NCBI RefSeq assembly: GCF_006345805.1
Contig: NC_042999.1
Location: 9,610,001-9,674,000, forward strand
Source: Octopus sinensis
Taxonomy: Eukaryota
DNA: 64,000 nt
Direction of reading: 5' to 3'
Below the pieces are notes generated by a model. That model was not told the origin of the DNA. It ran no database searches and saw only the letters and a list, made by a program, of their open reading frames with translations. Position numbers and translations under genes: made by a program. Positions 1 to 11,257 of the stretch are shown here, in pieces (position 1 is the first letter of the stretch; each line of letters opens with the position of its first letter).

Positions 1-525
1 ACCAAATCCACTCACAAGGCTTTGGTCGGTCCGAGGCTATAGTAGAAGACACTTGCCGAAGATGCCACGCCGTGGGACTGATCCCAGAACCATGTACTTG
101 TACTTGTGGCGACATTCACCCTGGGCGGGTTGAGTCGGCTTCTTCCACCACCCTCGAGGCATCTCGAACCATGGCAGTGGAAGACGTTTCGTGGGAATAT
201 GATTTTCACAAGCGGTCCCCAACAATCCTGCATGTAGAGACATCCTGTTTGCCGCAGATTGTCCGCAGACGCAGGGACAGAACGACCGAGGAGCCGCCGG
301 TTGCCGAAACAGACACTCCGAAGATTTTCACCAGAGCTCCGTCTGCTGGCCCTAATACCACTCAGTGTCGGACCAATCCGCCTTGGGTGGCCCTACCAGG
401 AACCGAAGTTCCCGACGGCATAGCTCTGACACTACCCGTTGCCAGCGTCCCCACCAAGGTGAGGAGGGGATGGATTTTGGGGACCACGTACCCGGGAAGC
501 AAGCTTCTTACCATACAGCTATACC
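1..525 (-). mobile_element. SINE family A, tRNA-like head and body, interrupted by a ~400-bp insertion
   Basis: 1-93 and 496-525 are the reverse complement of the family A head (gctgtgtggtaagaagcttgcttccc...catggttc...ggcaagtgtcttctactatagcctcgg) seen intact at 18119, 30121 and 44108. Confidence 0.85.
93..495 (-). mobile_element. 3' fragment of an unclassified non-LTR retroelement with a (CAAGTA)3 tail
   Basis: The minus strand ends ...gccacaagtacaagtacaagta, a short tandem-repeat tail typical of RTE/L2-type LINE ends. It splits the SINE A head and is GC-richer than the flanks. Confidence 0.5.
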
Positions 526-789
526 TGCACCTCTATTTTTATTAATTTTTGGGGGGTATTTTTGGTATTTCGGGTTGGCAACACAACTGAGAATAAGAAA
601 CGTCTTAATGTTCCGCTCACAGTTCACATTACTTGTCTCGTTTAAAGTTTCGTTTTACTCACAAAATTGCTTTCATATGTCTCTTTTAGCTTTACAGAGT
701 CTCAAAACTGTTTCTCTTCTGACCATGGGGCCATTATTTTTAATGTCCAAACACTTCACACAAATACACACATCTAAATTCGAATGTTA

Positions 790-1076
790 ACTTTATCTGT
801 ATATCCTTCCGATGTCGATTAAATCCATCCTTGTATTTATTTGGCAAAATGGAATCCAACCGTGACCTAACTATCGATGACGGAGAAACGAACGTCGAAT
901 TCGACTGAGACATTTCTAAACCTAAACCACCGAAATCTCACACTACAATCGATCTCCACACCCAATCCTTCTGTTTCATTCAACCGTACATCCTTTCGAT
1001 CGCTGTGTGTCTGACCCCAATCAGGCTGTATTGTCCCCCTCTATGTTTGGGCCCTTGTGGCTAATAAAGAAATTGA
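790..1076 (+). mobile_element. orphan Tx1-like LINE 3' UTR fragment
   Basis: Ends ctgaccccaa...ttgtccccctctatgtttgggcccttgtggctaataaagaaat, matching the Tx1 3' termini at 24754-24794 (-) and 63750-63808 (+). Confidence 0.55.
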
Positions 1077-2103
1077 ATATTAAAACGTGGCTCACGAGCC
1101 CTCTGTTCTCTTGATTTTCCTAAGTCACCATATCTCCTTCCTTTCATTTCATTCACCTTTCTACATATAAGGTGGGGGTCATCCCACTTTTCTTCCCTTT
1201 TTGTTTCTTCCACAATATTGCATGGCCGTTGTCTCTAATCCGTTCTTCCATCTTTTGTCGGGCTTTTATTTTTAATCCCGTTGGCTATCCAATAATCACC
1301 TTCCTCACCAAGCTCGATGGGGTTGCCGGTTTAGTCGTCCACAACCCGAGCATGCGACAGTCCGTACAGGGTTACATGTTGCCAAATAGCGCACAAGAGC
1401 TACCTGACAACCGTTCAATTCCATTCTGCTACCGTTTCTACCAGTTCATTACTAACAACAACAATAATAGGCGAAATATGTTATTAAACAAGTTTATCTC
1501 CGTAGATTTTCTATAGAATTCAGAGCCAGAACTGAAAGTTGCGAACACGTCGATGTAAACAATGCGATCGGAAACAGAAAAATAGGTGACGGGTGTATAT
1601 GTAGGCATTTCTATCTTTTTCTATCTTCCATCGCTTTGTTTGTAGAAATAAACTTTAAAATGAGAACATCGCACTGCTAACACACAAGTATGACACACTA
1701 TTGACTTGTAAATCTTTAACATACTTGCTAGTTTATTGTGGTTGCAGACAAAATACTGTATCTTTGCTAGCAATTAATCATTATAACTAATGTTTGCCAA
1801 CAGCCAAGAAATAATGCAGTGCTTAAAATGATTTTGGATTCTGGTTGGAAGCGCCAGGTTTCCTACGTCAGAAAAGTTTAGGTTAGATGTCTCGATGGTA
1901 ACAGGATACAGCCTAGACATCATGCAACTATGTTATGACACAAGCAGCATGGAGCAGACGATGTTTATAGACTCAAACATACATAAAACTGATTAATATT
2001 GGAACTAATTTATTGACAATTCTTTATCGAAGATGAAAATAAAGAAATGTAAACGGTTCAATCAAGAATAGTTTATGCAATTTATCTTGCTTTGTAAGGC
2101 AGC

Positions 2104-2652
2104 AAGGAGCTGGCAGAAACGTTAGCGCGCCGGACGAAATGCTTAGCCGTATTTCGTCTGCTGTTACGTTCTGAGTTCAAATTCCGCCGAGGTCGACTTT
2201 GCCTTTCATCCTTTCAGGGTCGATAAAGTAAGTACCAGTTACGCACTGGGGTCGATATAATCGACCTAATCCGTCTGTCTGTCCTTGTTTGTCTCCTCTG
2301 TGTTTAGCCCCTTGTGGGTAGTAAAGAAATAGAAACGTTAGCAGGCCGGACGAAATGCTTGGCGGTATTTCGTCTGCCGCTACATTCTGAGTTCAAATCC
2401 CGCCGAGGTCGACTTTGCCTTTCGTCATTTCGAAGGCAGCAAGGAGCTGGCAGAGACGTTAGAAGGCTGGACGAAATGCTTGGTGATATTTCGTCTGTCT
2501 GTATGTTCTGAGTTCAAATCCTGCCGGTGTCGACATTGCCTTTCATACTTTCGGGATCGATGAATTAAGGAGAAGCTGCGTACTGAGGTCAGGCTAATCG
2601 ACTGGCCCCCTCCCCCCAAATTTTGGACCTTGTGCCTAGAGTAGAAAATTAT
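2104..2652 (+). mobile_element. SINE family B multimer (monomer with Tx1-type tail, partial monomer, monomer with tail 2)
   Basis: Repeated tRNA-like head gagctggcagaaacgttag...gttctgagttcaaattccgcc and core gaggtcgactttgcctttcatcctttc(g)gggtcgata. Confidence 0.9.
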
Positions 2653-2664
2653 ATATTTTGCCTT

Positions 2665-2734
2665 GTATCTGTGTGTCTGTGTGTGTATGTGTGTGTGTGT
2701 GTGTGTATGAGTGTGAGTGTGTGTGAGAGTGTGA

Positions 2735-2782
<48 letters not shown>
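2665..2782. repeat. (TG)n microsatellite
   Basis: Direct inspection. Confidence 0.95.
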
Positions 2783-2785
<3 letters not shown>

Positions 2786-3252
2786 CAAAATGGTTTTAAC
2801 AGCTTTCATTGGTTTCTCGACCACAGAGGTGATAAATGAAAAACATCGACGATAAAAACAGAGGAAGTGAAAGATAAGCGAATTGATGAAGGGAAAATGG
2901 CTGGAGTAGAACAATGGAATAGATCAAACATGTCACAATAATCTTTTTTTGCCACAGATAAAACGACAGACCCAGGGCACGGTTTACCTGCCTACTTAAC
3001 AGGTAGAAATGAGTAACATAATTAAAACTAAGAGTAAACTTGTATCTCGTCTGAATGTATTTTAGTGACTTTACATGTCGTTCGCAATAAGCTCAGAGAT
3101 AAATTAGCTGCAAACAGTCTGTCACCTCTTATTCCGCTTTTATATTTTTATCCTGTGGCCAAATCCTTGCTCTTTGTTCTTCCAGGTACCTTCTAATCGC
3201 CTTACAATTTCAGTCTTTGATTTTCACCAAATACTTCTTTCTTTCTTTTAAA

Positions 3253-3632
3253 CTAGCAGTATCACCCGGCGTTGCTCGGGTTTGTAAGGGAAATAACTAT
3301 AAAACATTTTTAGAGAGTTATAGCCAAAAAATAGCAAAAAAATGCATTCAAAATGGAAAAAATATGATGGTAAATTTTTTTAATATCGTTGACTCATCGT
3401 AGACATTTTTAGAAAGTTACTTCCCTTTAAAAAAATATGCATTAAAATGGAAAAAAATGATGGTAAATTATTTTTAAAATCGTAGACTCATCGTAGACGC
3501 GCGCTAATACCCAGAAGGGCTCGATATGAATCACAACTATAAGATACCCGGTTTTGGTTAAACTGCACCGCAAAATGTGTGAGTAGTTAGGAATCTAAAT
3601 CGGACACACAACCTTACTTTTATATATAAAGA
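3253..3632 (-). mobile_element. non-autonomous Helitron
   Basis: The minus strand starts TC(tttatatataaaa) and ends with a hairpin cccgagcaacgccggg followed by CTAG. It is inserted between A and T and carries an internal ~100-bp tandem duplication. Confidence 0.8.
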
Positions 3633-4045
3633 TTTCTGATACTCTCAAGAAATACATAAACGTTACTTAGCTTCATACAGTTCGCACTTCGCTTCCCTGT
3701 TTTTATTATCTCTTATAAATTTCAGATCTTGTGAATAAAAGACAAAACTAAAATCTTATTCCAACATTTTAAAATATAATTCAGGCAACTGAAGAAAGCC
3801 ATCAAGGAATTGGGCGCGGCAGGTGAAACTAGCTCAAAGTGACTACGGTTGATAAAAGACCACAAGTGGAACCGTTCCGTAGGTGAATACTAGCTCAGCT
3901 CTCATTGCCTCACTCAGGTGAAGTGTAGAGGCTAAGAGGCAAAACACTTGTGACCTGCAGACAATAGTGGAAACAGTGGATTTAGAGGAGCAGGCAAAAC
4001 CTCTGAGTAACTCCTGCAGTCTCAGCATCGGGCAAAGCATCTCCG

Positions 4046-4275
4046 GCGGCGAGCTGGCAGAAACGTTAGCACGCCGGGCGAAATGCTTAGCAGTATTTCG
4101 TCTGCCATTACGTTCTGGGTTCAGATTCCGCCGATGTCGACTTTGCCTTTCATCTTTTCGGGGTCGATTAAATAAGTACCAGTTACGCACTGGGGTCAAT
4201 GTAATCGACTTAATCCCTTTGTCTGTACTTGTTTGTCCCCTTTGTGTTTAGCTCCTTGTAGGTAATAAAGAAACA
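4046..4275 (+). mobile_element. SINE family B monomer with Tx1-type tail
   Basis: Full head, core and tail ttgtcccctttgtgtttagctccttgtaggtaataaagaaa. Confidence 0.9.
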
Positions 4276-4314
4276 GATATTTATTTCACCTTTTTCTGTT
4301 TTTTGCTGTTTTTT

Positions 4315-4472
4315 TTTTCTATTATGACATCACATAATTAGTGTCCTTTTAAGTAGTAATTAATTATTTAGAGAGACATGATGTTCATAATGGAGACGGT
4401 ATCGGAGCTTTATTATTTTGCGCTATAATAGAATTATGACGTCATAATGGTCAGATTTCCTTAACAAAACCG
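4315..4472 (+). repeat. left arm of a ~160-bp inverted repeat (partner 6266-6425)
   Basis: Aligns by eye to the reverse complement of 6266-6425. Contains the palindrome attatgacgtcataat at 4433-4448. Confidence 0.8.
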
Positions 4473-4829
4473 AATGCCTAATCCTGCATATCTATGGATT
4501 ATTCCGATCATTAAGTGCTCTTTCAGGCAATATTGATAAACCAAAGAATTTATATATTATGTGTTAGATATTACGGTTTATATATTATTATTTTATACTT
4601 TTTATGTATGGTCTTCGAAAGTCACGTGATACATGCATTGTGTACCTCTTTACACAAATCTAGAAAATATCGAAGACCTCCGTAACTCGCGATTCCATTA
4701 CCATTGTTACAAAGCTGACGGCGGATAATCTACAGGTCTACCGGAGAGAACGTTATGAGTATTGCAGAAAAGCTAATGCAAGTTCTTGTTGGTGGAGGGG
4801 GGTGTCCGTTAAAATGTGAGATTCTTCTC

Positions 4830-5445
4830 TTGTGAATCAACTTTTGCAGGAGAAAAGCAAATTAAAAACATGCAGCTGTGGTAGGTTATACAAAGGTGAA
4901 ACATGCTGCCCCCTCAAAAAATAAGGGTAGAGGAACATCGCAAAGCTGTGACACGAGGAGATATTGATAAATCGGGTATAGCTGATCATGTATGGAAAAA
5001 TGGAGACCACCTACCCCAGTGGGATGAACTTAAAATATTAGACAGAGAACACCACTGGAAAATACGAAAACTAAAAGAAGCAGCACATATGCTAGGACAC
5101 AACAACCTCCTAAGCAAACTGAGTGCAGATATGAGTAGCATATGGGAACCGGTATTAAGGAAGGATAGGAAAATATTAGATTTATAAACCCTAAAATTCA
5201 CTCCATAATTGCCCACGGGCATATGGTGTAGTGGTTAAGAGCGCAGGCTACTAATTCCGAGTGCGATTCCAGGCAGTGACCCGAATAACAACAACAACAA
5301 CAACAACAACATCGAAAAATACCTTAGGAATGTGAACCTTGGTTTGAAATTTCCCCAAAACATGTGATGAAGGCTGGAGAGTATATCAGCCGAAACGTTG
5401 TGTTAATAACAAACAAGATGAGGACAAATATCCGTCACTTTAAAA
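4830..5445 (+). mobile_element. Penelope-like element 3' remnant: GIY-YIG endonuclease C-terminus plus terminal repeat region
   Basis: Translation CSCGRLYKGETCCPxKIRVEEHRKAVTRGDIDKSGIADHVWKNGDHLPQWDELKILDREHHWKIRKLKEAAH matches the PLE GIY-YIG pattern (CxCG..YxGET.R.L..R..EH...S.IA.H). It is followed by a tRNA-like segment, (AAC)n and a tgatga...ccgaaacgt motif. Confidence 0.8.
5357..5405 (+). ncRNA. candidate minimal type I hammerhead ribozyme (degenerate)
   Basis: aacat-gtgatga-a-ggctg(gagagtatat)cagcc-gaaacgt-t-gtgtt: stem I, core with C3 changed to G, 5-bp stem II, GAAA, palindromic ACGT stem III. Confidence 0.55.
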
Positions 5446-5974
5446 CTAATCGCTTCAAATTTTGGTTCTCAGCCACGAATTTTAAGGTAGCGGGGATAAG
5501 TTGATATCGTCCACCTCTGTATGCGAATGGTATTTGATTTTATAGACCCCGTTCAATTTCATGAATAACAATTAGGTATTTAACGTTGGAATTATTCTTT
5601 AAGGTAGAAGTCAATTTGACCTTCACGATAAACGTGCACAGGCGCACCCAAACACACACACACACACATATATATACTCTCTCACATACACGCATACATA
5701 CATAAACATCTTTATTTATATATTGCTGTATCTTGGGAGGGCCATTGCGCCAATGATAATAAATACACGCACTGGTTCAATATCACTTCTTTGTTGTTAG
5801 TCACTCTAACCAACTAATTAATCGTTTGTTTAGAGACATTGAAGTAGTGCTCATTTATTATTATTAGCGTCATGACCTCGAAATACACAAGACTTATTTC
5901 AACACATGAATTCCCATGAAGAGTCTTGCAAACCAAATACAAAAACGAAGTATACATACATACATATTATACAT

Positions 5975-5976
5975 AC

Positions 5977-6050
<74 letters not shown>

Positions 6051-6052
6051 TT
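5975..6052. repeat. (TA)n/(TTTA)n microsatellite
   Basis: Direct inspection. Confidence 0.9.
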
Positions 6053-6265
6053 CACTTAGTAAAAATACTTTATCCAATGAGTTAAGATTTCAAATTTTTG
6101 TCATTGTTGAATGTCTAAAGTAAGTTTGGTAACTATAGTATCCATACCTTATCTCTTGGAGGAATCTATCAATGGTGTCTTCGATTTAACAGACACGAGA
6201 CGGTCTGTTCGATTCCAATACTGGTATCTGCTGAAACATTGGAGATATGAAATAATAATAAAGTC

Positions 6266-6425
6266 GAGGTTTTGTTTAGAAAAATCCGACCATTATGACG
6301 TCATAATAGAAATAGTTCAAAAGAATAAAAGCTCCAACTTTGCCCATTAAGAACGTCCTGTCTCTCTATTTAAATGATTAATTACTAAATAGAACGCTAA
6401 TTATATGATGTCATAATGGAAAACA
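6266..6425 (-). repeat. right arm of the ~160-bp inverted repeat (partner 4315-4472)
   Basis: Contains attatgacgtcataat at 6292-6307 and is the reverse complement of 4315-4472. Confidence 0.8.
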
Positions 6426-6584
6426 AGATATAGAAAGAAAAGATTGAAACAAAATAGGTTCAAATGTTCGAATAAGATTGTTTTTTTTTTTCTTTATTCC
6501 AAGAATCTGAAATTTATAAGAGATAATGAAAGCGAGAGCAACACGAAGTTAAGTGGCTTTTATATTTTTATTTTGGGAATTAGC

Positions 6585-6790
6585 AGAATCGTTATCCGAT
6601 GGGACAAAATGATTTGTCGTATTTCCTTCGGTTTTACGTTCTGAGTTCAAATTCCGCTGACGTTAACTTAGCTTTTCGTCCTTTTGAGATCGATGCCTTT
6701 TGAGGTCGATCAAATAAAATAGCAACGAAACATTGGGGTCGATAGTGTCGACTAACTCCACTTCCCTTAAAAATTGCAGGCCTTGAATCC
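6585..6790 (+). mobile_element. SINE family B, diverged
   Basis: ttacgttctgagttcaaattccgctga...ggggtcgatagtgtcgact. Confidence 0.75.
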
Positions 6791-6900
6791 CGTGACGGAC
6801 TGCAACCAGTTCAGGGGCTACGTTCTGATCTCATGCAACCCGAGTAACCGGACTAATGCGTCCCCGCGCTCGAGGTGCTGGGGTAACCGAAAAAGACAAT
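6790..6900 (+). mobile_element. SINE group C 3' fragment
   Basis: cccgtgacggactgcaaccagttcagggg resembles ccctgcgatggac/cctgcgacggaccggcgtcccgtccagg at 7735-7830 (-), 22040 and 51855. Confidence 0.5.
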
Positions 6901-7019
6901 TCATAGTTCAAAATGGAATAAAGACGGGTTTGATGAAAATCAGAGATTGGGTTTGAAAGATGATTAGATGATAGGCGAAAGAACAAAGAGGAAGCATTCA
7001 GCAAGACATAAATATCCTT

Positions 7020-7208
7020 TTTATTATAGGCACAAGGCCTGAAACTTTGGGGGAAGGGTTAATTCGGTTACATCGACCTCAGTGCGTAACTGGTACTTAA
7101 TTTATCGACCCCGAAATCATGAAAGGCAAAGTCGGCCTCGGCGGAATTTGAACTCAGAACGTAGCGACGGGCGAAATACCGCTAAGCATTTCGCCCCGGA
7201 GCTCTAAC
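7020..7208 (-). mobile_element. SINE family B monomer with tail 2
   Basis: Reverse complement of head, core and ccttgtgcctata tail. Confidence 0.85.
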
Positions 7209-7734
7209 ATAGCAAGACATAAATATAAAATCGTTTTGACCACAACGTAATGAGAAAGGGTAAACGATGGTGGGTTGTTGCCAGAAGTCGTCTGTAAGTA
7301 TCGGAGATACGATTCTGAATACTGAAAATTTTACTGACGTCCTACTTCGGCTCCTGATCTATGATGTTTTACAATTGATTGTTTTATAATCGATTAATCA
7401 GAGCTTAACTGTTGTTTCATTGACTCACAGAAGGGTGGGAAATCAAATCGATTCCAACTGTAATTGAATTTGAAATATTAAGGAACAAAACTATTGCTTC
7501 TTAACCTTTTGGATAAGATCAAAATGTAGTTTGGAGGAACAAAACTAAATTGTCTGATTATAGTCTTGTGTTCTTTTGTTCCCGACTGAATTCAGAATGG
7601 AAAGAGATGTGATTATTTGGTGGAAGTAATTTATATTTATTGCCCCGCGTAATGTTGCAGGATTCTAATGTTTTATTAAGTTGTACTTCAATCATAAACA
7701 CCGTCTTTTATTTAATAAGCTTTGTCTCGAGTCT

Positions 7735-7958
7735 TAGAACTCATAGATCTGGTTACACGGTTTCCGTGGTGACTCAGTGACCGAGATGGCAACACTGACC
7801 ACTGTCCATCGCAGGGTAAACTCATTTAGAGCTGAGTGGTACTGGAGCGACTTGAAAGGAAGAGTTTTGTCCAAGAAGCTCACAACGAACCGATCGGCCC
7901 TTGAATCGAAACCACGACCTTTAGATCGAGCTCGCTGCGCTCTAATCACTAGGCCACA
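7735..7958 (-). mobile_element. tRNA-derived SINE group C (CORE-like)
   Basis: Minus strand: tgtggcctagtgattagagcgcag...ggtttcgattc head, cttggacaaaactctt...gctccagtaccactcagctctaaatgagt body, ccctgcgatggac. Confidence 0.75.
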
Positions 7959-8371
7959 TACCACCAGTTGTATTTGGGAAACTCCAGTCATAGATTATCT
8001 TTTATCGATTATTAGGTTAATCATCATATTTAGAGAGAAATTAAATGAGATAAATACGTTTCCACGTTTCGGTTATTTGGGACTCGGTATTGGCTGTTTC
8101 ACGTGCGATCGGATGCCCACCCACAATGAATCATCAAAGAAACACTTTACTGGATTCTGTTACAGAGATTAAATGTATGCGCCGCCTAGCGGAGAGATAA
8201 TACATGGGAGATAATAATTTTTTTCATAATATTTGGTTGGATTAAAGCAAGGAATACGGAAAAAGGTGCAAAGAATACTCATACTTATTTAATTTTTGCT
8301 TACTTTATTACGAAGTTGTAAAATATTCAGTCAGAGATAATCATTTATAGCACTATTTAATTTCTTATATA

Positions 8372-8607
8372 CAGTAATCCCCCGTCGTATCGCGGTTCAC
8401 CTATCGCGGTTCTCCTATCCCGGTTTATTATTTAAGCTTACGTCGATTCCGCTGTGGCATTGTTTTGCATTTATAATAAAATAAATATATACAAATTATA
8501 AATATAATTAAAAAAATATACAGTACAGTACTGTTTCTACTTCGCGGATTTTCACCTATCGTGGGTGATTTTGGAACGTAAGACCCGCGATAGTCGATGG
8601 ATTATTT
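8372..8607. mobile_element. Tigger/pogo-type (Tc1-mariner superfamily) MITE
   Basis: TA|CAGTAATCCCCCGTCGTATCGCGG at the left and a degenerate inverse cccgcgatagtcgatggattatt|ta at the right. Confidence 0.7.
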
Positions 8608-9424
8608 TAAATGCAAAAGTTTTTTTTCATTTTTTCCGATTGAAATCCAGAAATATTTAGTTTTCAAAATCGTAAATTTGAGAGAGACTGTCATTTATAT
8701 ATATTTCGTAATCCTTTTCATCCTTTTCGTAATCCTTTCATACAGTACGATAATCCAGAAACAAAATTCTAAATAAAATTTAAGAAAACTCTGAACAAAC
8801 GAAGGAGCCTACACATGGTTTCTTGACCTGCAAGTAATAGCAGCCAAATTTCTAAAGAACTCAGCCTAACACCCCAAAGCTTGAAGTAGATGTTTCATGA
8901 TATAGTTCTAGCCACACCGAGTCAGGAAAATGACAAATGTATTTCGACTGAAACGTCTCTGGTCCTAGTTTTACTCGACCAAGATTACCCTGGGGCCAAT
9001 CACACCAACAACAACTCGGTCACTGCAAGTTTCATTCCATCCAATCTGTAATCCTCTTCAGGAATACTATTCCTCCATTGACACATTTCCATAGATTAAG
9101 GTCTGATCTGAGAATATCTACCCATAATGCACTGTTTAAATGTATTCTTTGCCACAGTGATCCTCTCTCCGCGCACTTTAGTGTAACCAGCTTTTGATGT
9201 TTCTATTTCTTGGGTTCAAATTCTGCTTAGAAAAATTATGATAAAATAAAAACCAGTAATACGCTGGGGTCTTTCCATGTGAATACATTTCCCTCTCTAA
9301 GAAACTTGCTTTAGCGCCAAGTGAAATAAATCGTTATAAATTTATGAATAAATTCGCCAACTTCTTTGAGGGAATATTTACCAATAACACTTCAATTAGA
9401 ATCGGTTCTATGATTCGAAGAAAT

Positions 9425-9605
9425 TTATCGTTACCATTATCTTCTTTCCCATCATTGCCAACATCACGACCACCACCACCATCATAATCATCATCATCAT
9501 CAACATCATTAATATCATTATAACCACCACCACTACCATCCTCAGCAATGCCCCTACCACTACCACCATCCCTACCACCACCGCTACCAGCATCATCATC
9601 ACCAC
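9425..9605. repeat. (ACC/ATC)n degenerate trinucleotide repeat
   Basis: Direct inspection. Explains ORFs 9334-9663 and 9408-9614. Confidence 0.9.
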
Positions 9606-9859
9606 CGTAAACATTATTATCGACTAATATAACTTCATCCATAGGAATACCTGATCGCCTCAAGTCTTAATGCATTAATTAAATAATTCTACGTTAAGAT
9701 TCTAAGAAATAAGAGAAATTCCGTTCCTTCCCCTTCAACAGTTCCAGTTAAAATGTTCAACCATTTTATTGTCATGGAACCATTGACTGACCCACTAGAG
9801 ACAGCTTCATGTCTTACAGAGGAAACTTGGCAGGACAACTTCAAAATACACCCCCACTT

Positions 9860-10095
9860 TTTCTTTCCCTCTCTCTCTCTCTCTCTCATTTGTTGACTCT
9901 CTTCTTTCAATCTCTCTCCCATTTTGTTGTCTCTCTCTTCTTTCACTCTCTCTCTCTTTCCCATTTGTTGTCTCTTCTTTCACTCTCTATCTCTCTCCTT
10001 TCTCTGTCACTCCTCTCTTTCAATTATTCCTCGCTTTTCCCCTCTCGCGTTTTCTCTCCACTATCTCTCTCTCTCTCTCCCTCTCTCTCAATCCA
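9860..10095. repeat. (CT)n-rich low-complexity tract
   Basis: Direct inspection. Confidence 0.9.
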
Positions 10096-10554
10096 TTTAT
10101 CTAATTGCTTTCTTCCCCTGTATTTTGACACTTCTTGTATATTGGAAGCAAGTGAGGAAAGCCACGCTCAACAGTTTATTTATTTCTCTAACCCTCGACC
10201 ATATCTTATCGATCATTAAATATTTAAAGAGTTAAAACGGTTTCACTTTACATAGTCCAGAATCAATAAAAAAAAAAGTAAATGCTAATGTTTTTCTTGC
10301 TGTTCTCCACGAGATACAAGACCATCGTTTTTTGGAGTAGGTTGCGCGGTTAATTGAACCAATCATTGCAATTATTTTTAAAGACTCGAAGAGATTTTCA
10401 AGAATTCGTTTTGGCAAAAGGCAAAAGTTATAACATTTATGACAATCCCCCGTGTTGGAGACGTTAAAAATAGATTCGGAATTAGTAACAAGAAAGATAT
10501 GAAATTACTATTTCTAAATCTCACAACGTGAGATATTCAGCAACAGTACTTTGC

Positions 10555-11045
10555 AGTAAAGATTGTTTGCCAACATAACATGGCTGTCCTGGTTTAGGAC
10601 GAATGTTGCTGTAATTAGTTTGTGATATACGTTTACATGTCATCTATTAAAAGAGAGACGAACTGGGTCTAGAGAGAGGAACAAGAGATACCCTCAGAGA
10701 CTGGGTTCAGTTTAGAGATGTTTTGATATGGACATTGATATATCATGTCAGAGCAAGCTATAAAGCTCTCTCGTCCACGTTGACCGTTCTTCAGAGGTAA
10801 GCAGAAGGAAAATGTAATTCTCATTTATTCCCTTAATTGCCTCAGGTTAATCGTGATGTTGTTCATGTTAACCTTAGACCAGCCTTTATCCAGCAGACCT
10901 ACGATAAAAGATTCCTTTGCTCGAAAATATAAGGACACAGATCGTGTCGTATAGCCAGCTGGAGACGATGTCTCCTGAGGCAAAATTACAGCAACATTCG
11001 TCTTAAACCAGGACTGCCATGTTATGTTGGCAAATAATCTTTACT
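10555..11045. mobile_element. MITE with ~62-bp terminal inverted repeats
   Basis: agtaaagattgtttgccaacataacatggctgtcctggtttaggacgaatgttgctgtaatt (10555-10616) versus its inverse at 10984-11045, with 3 mismatches by eye. Confidence 0.8.
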
Positions 11046-11257
11046 AAGAAAGATATGTTTATATCTGGTCGTCTCACTTCAATTGCATCTTCAATACTGT
11101 TGAAGATATTTGCACGTTATTCATTCTCATGTTCTCCTCTTCGAAATCAAATACGTTGTATCTATCGAACTGTCTTTAATCAGTGAGGGAATCCATGTGC
11201 AATTTGTTGACATACTATGAGAAGTAAAAAAAAATGGTGTTCACATTCAGACCGTCT

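Noticed and set aside
1172-1516. 114-aa ORF in unique-looking sequence
   Set aside because: There is no recognisable domain or splice context, and the length is compatible with chance.
3843-4251. Recurrent ORFs such as RPRKDERQSRPRRNLNSER and QGFGRPEAIVEDTCPRCH
   Set aside because: They are incidental translations of SINE B and SINE A copies on either strand.
8900-9200. Possible CR1-like remnant on the minus strand (IPEEDYRLDGMKLAVTE), and an RTE-like scrap at 23345-23460
   Set aside because: They are too short and too decayed to call by eye.
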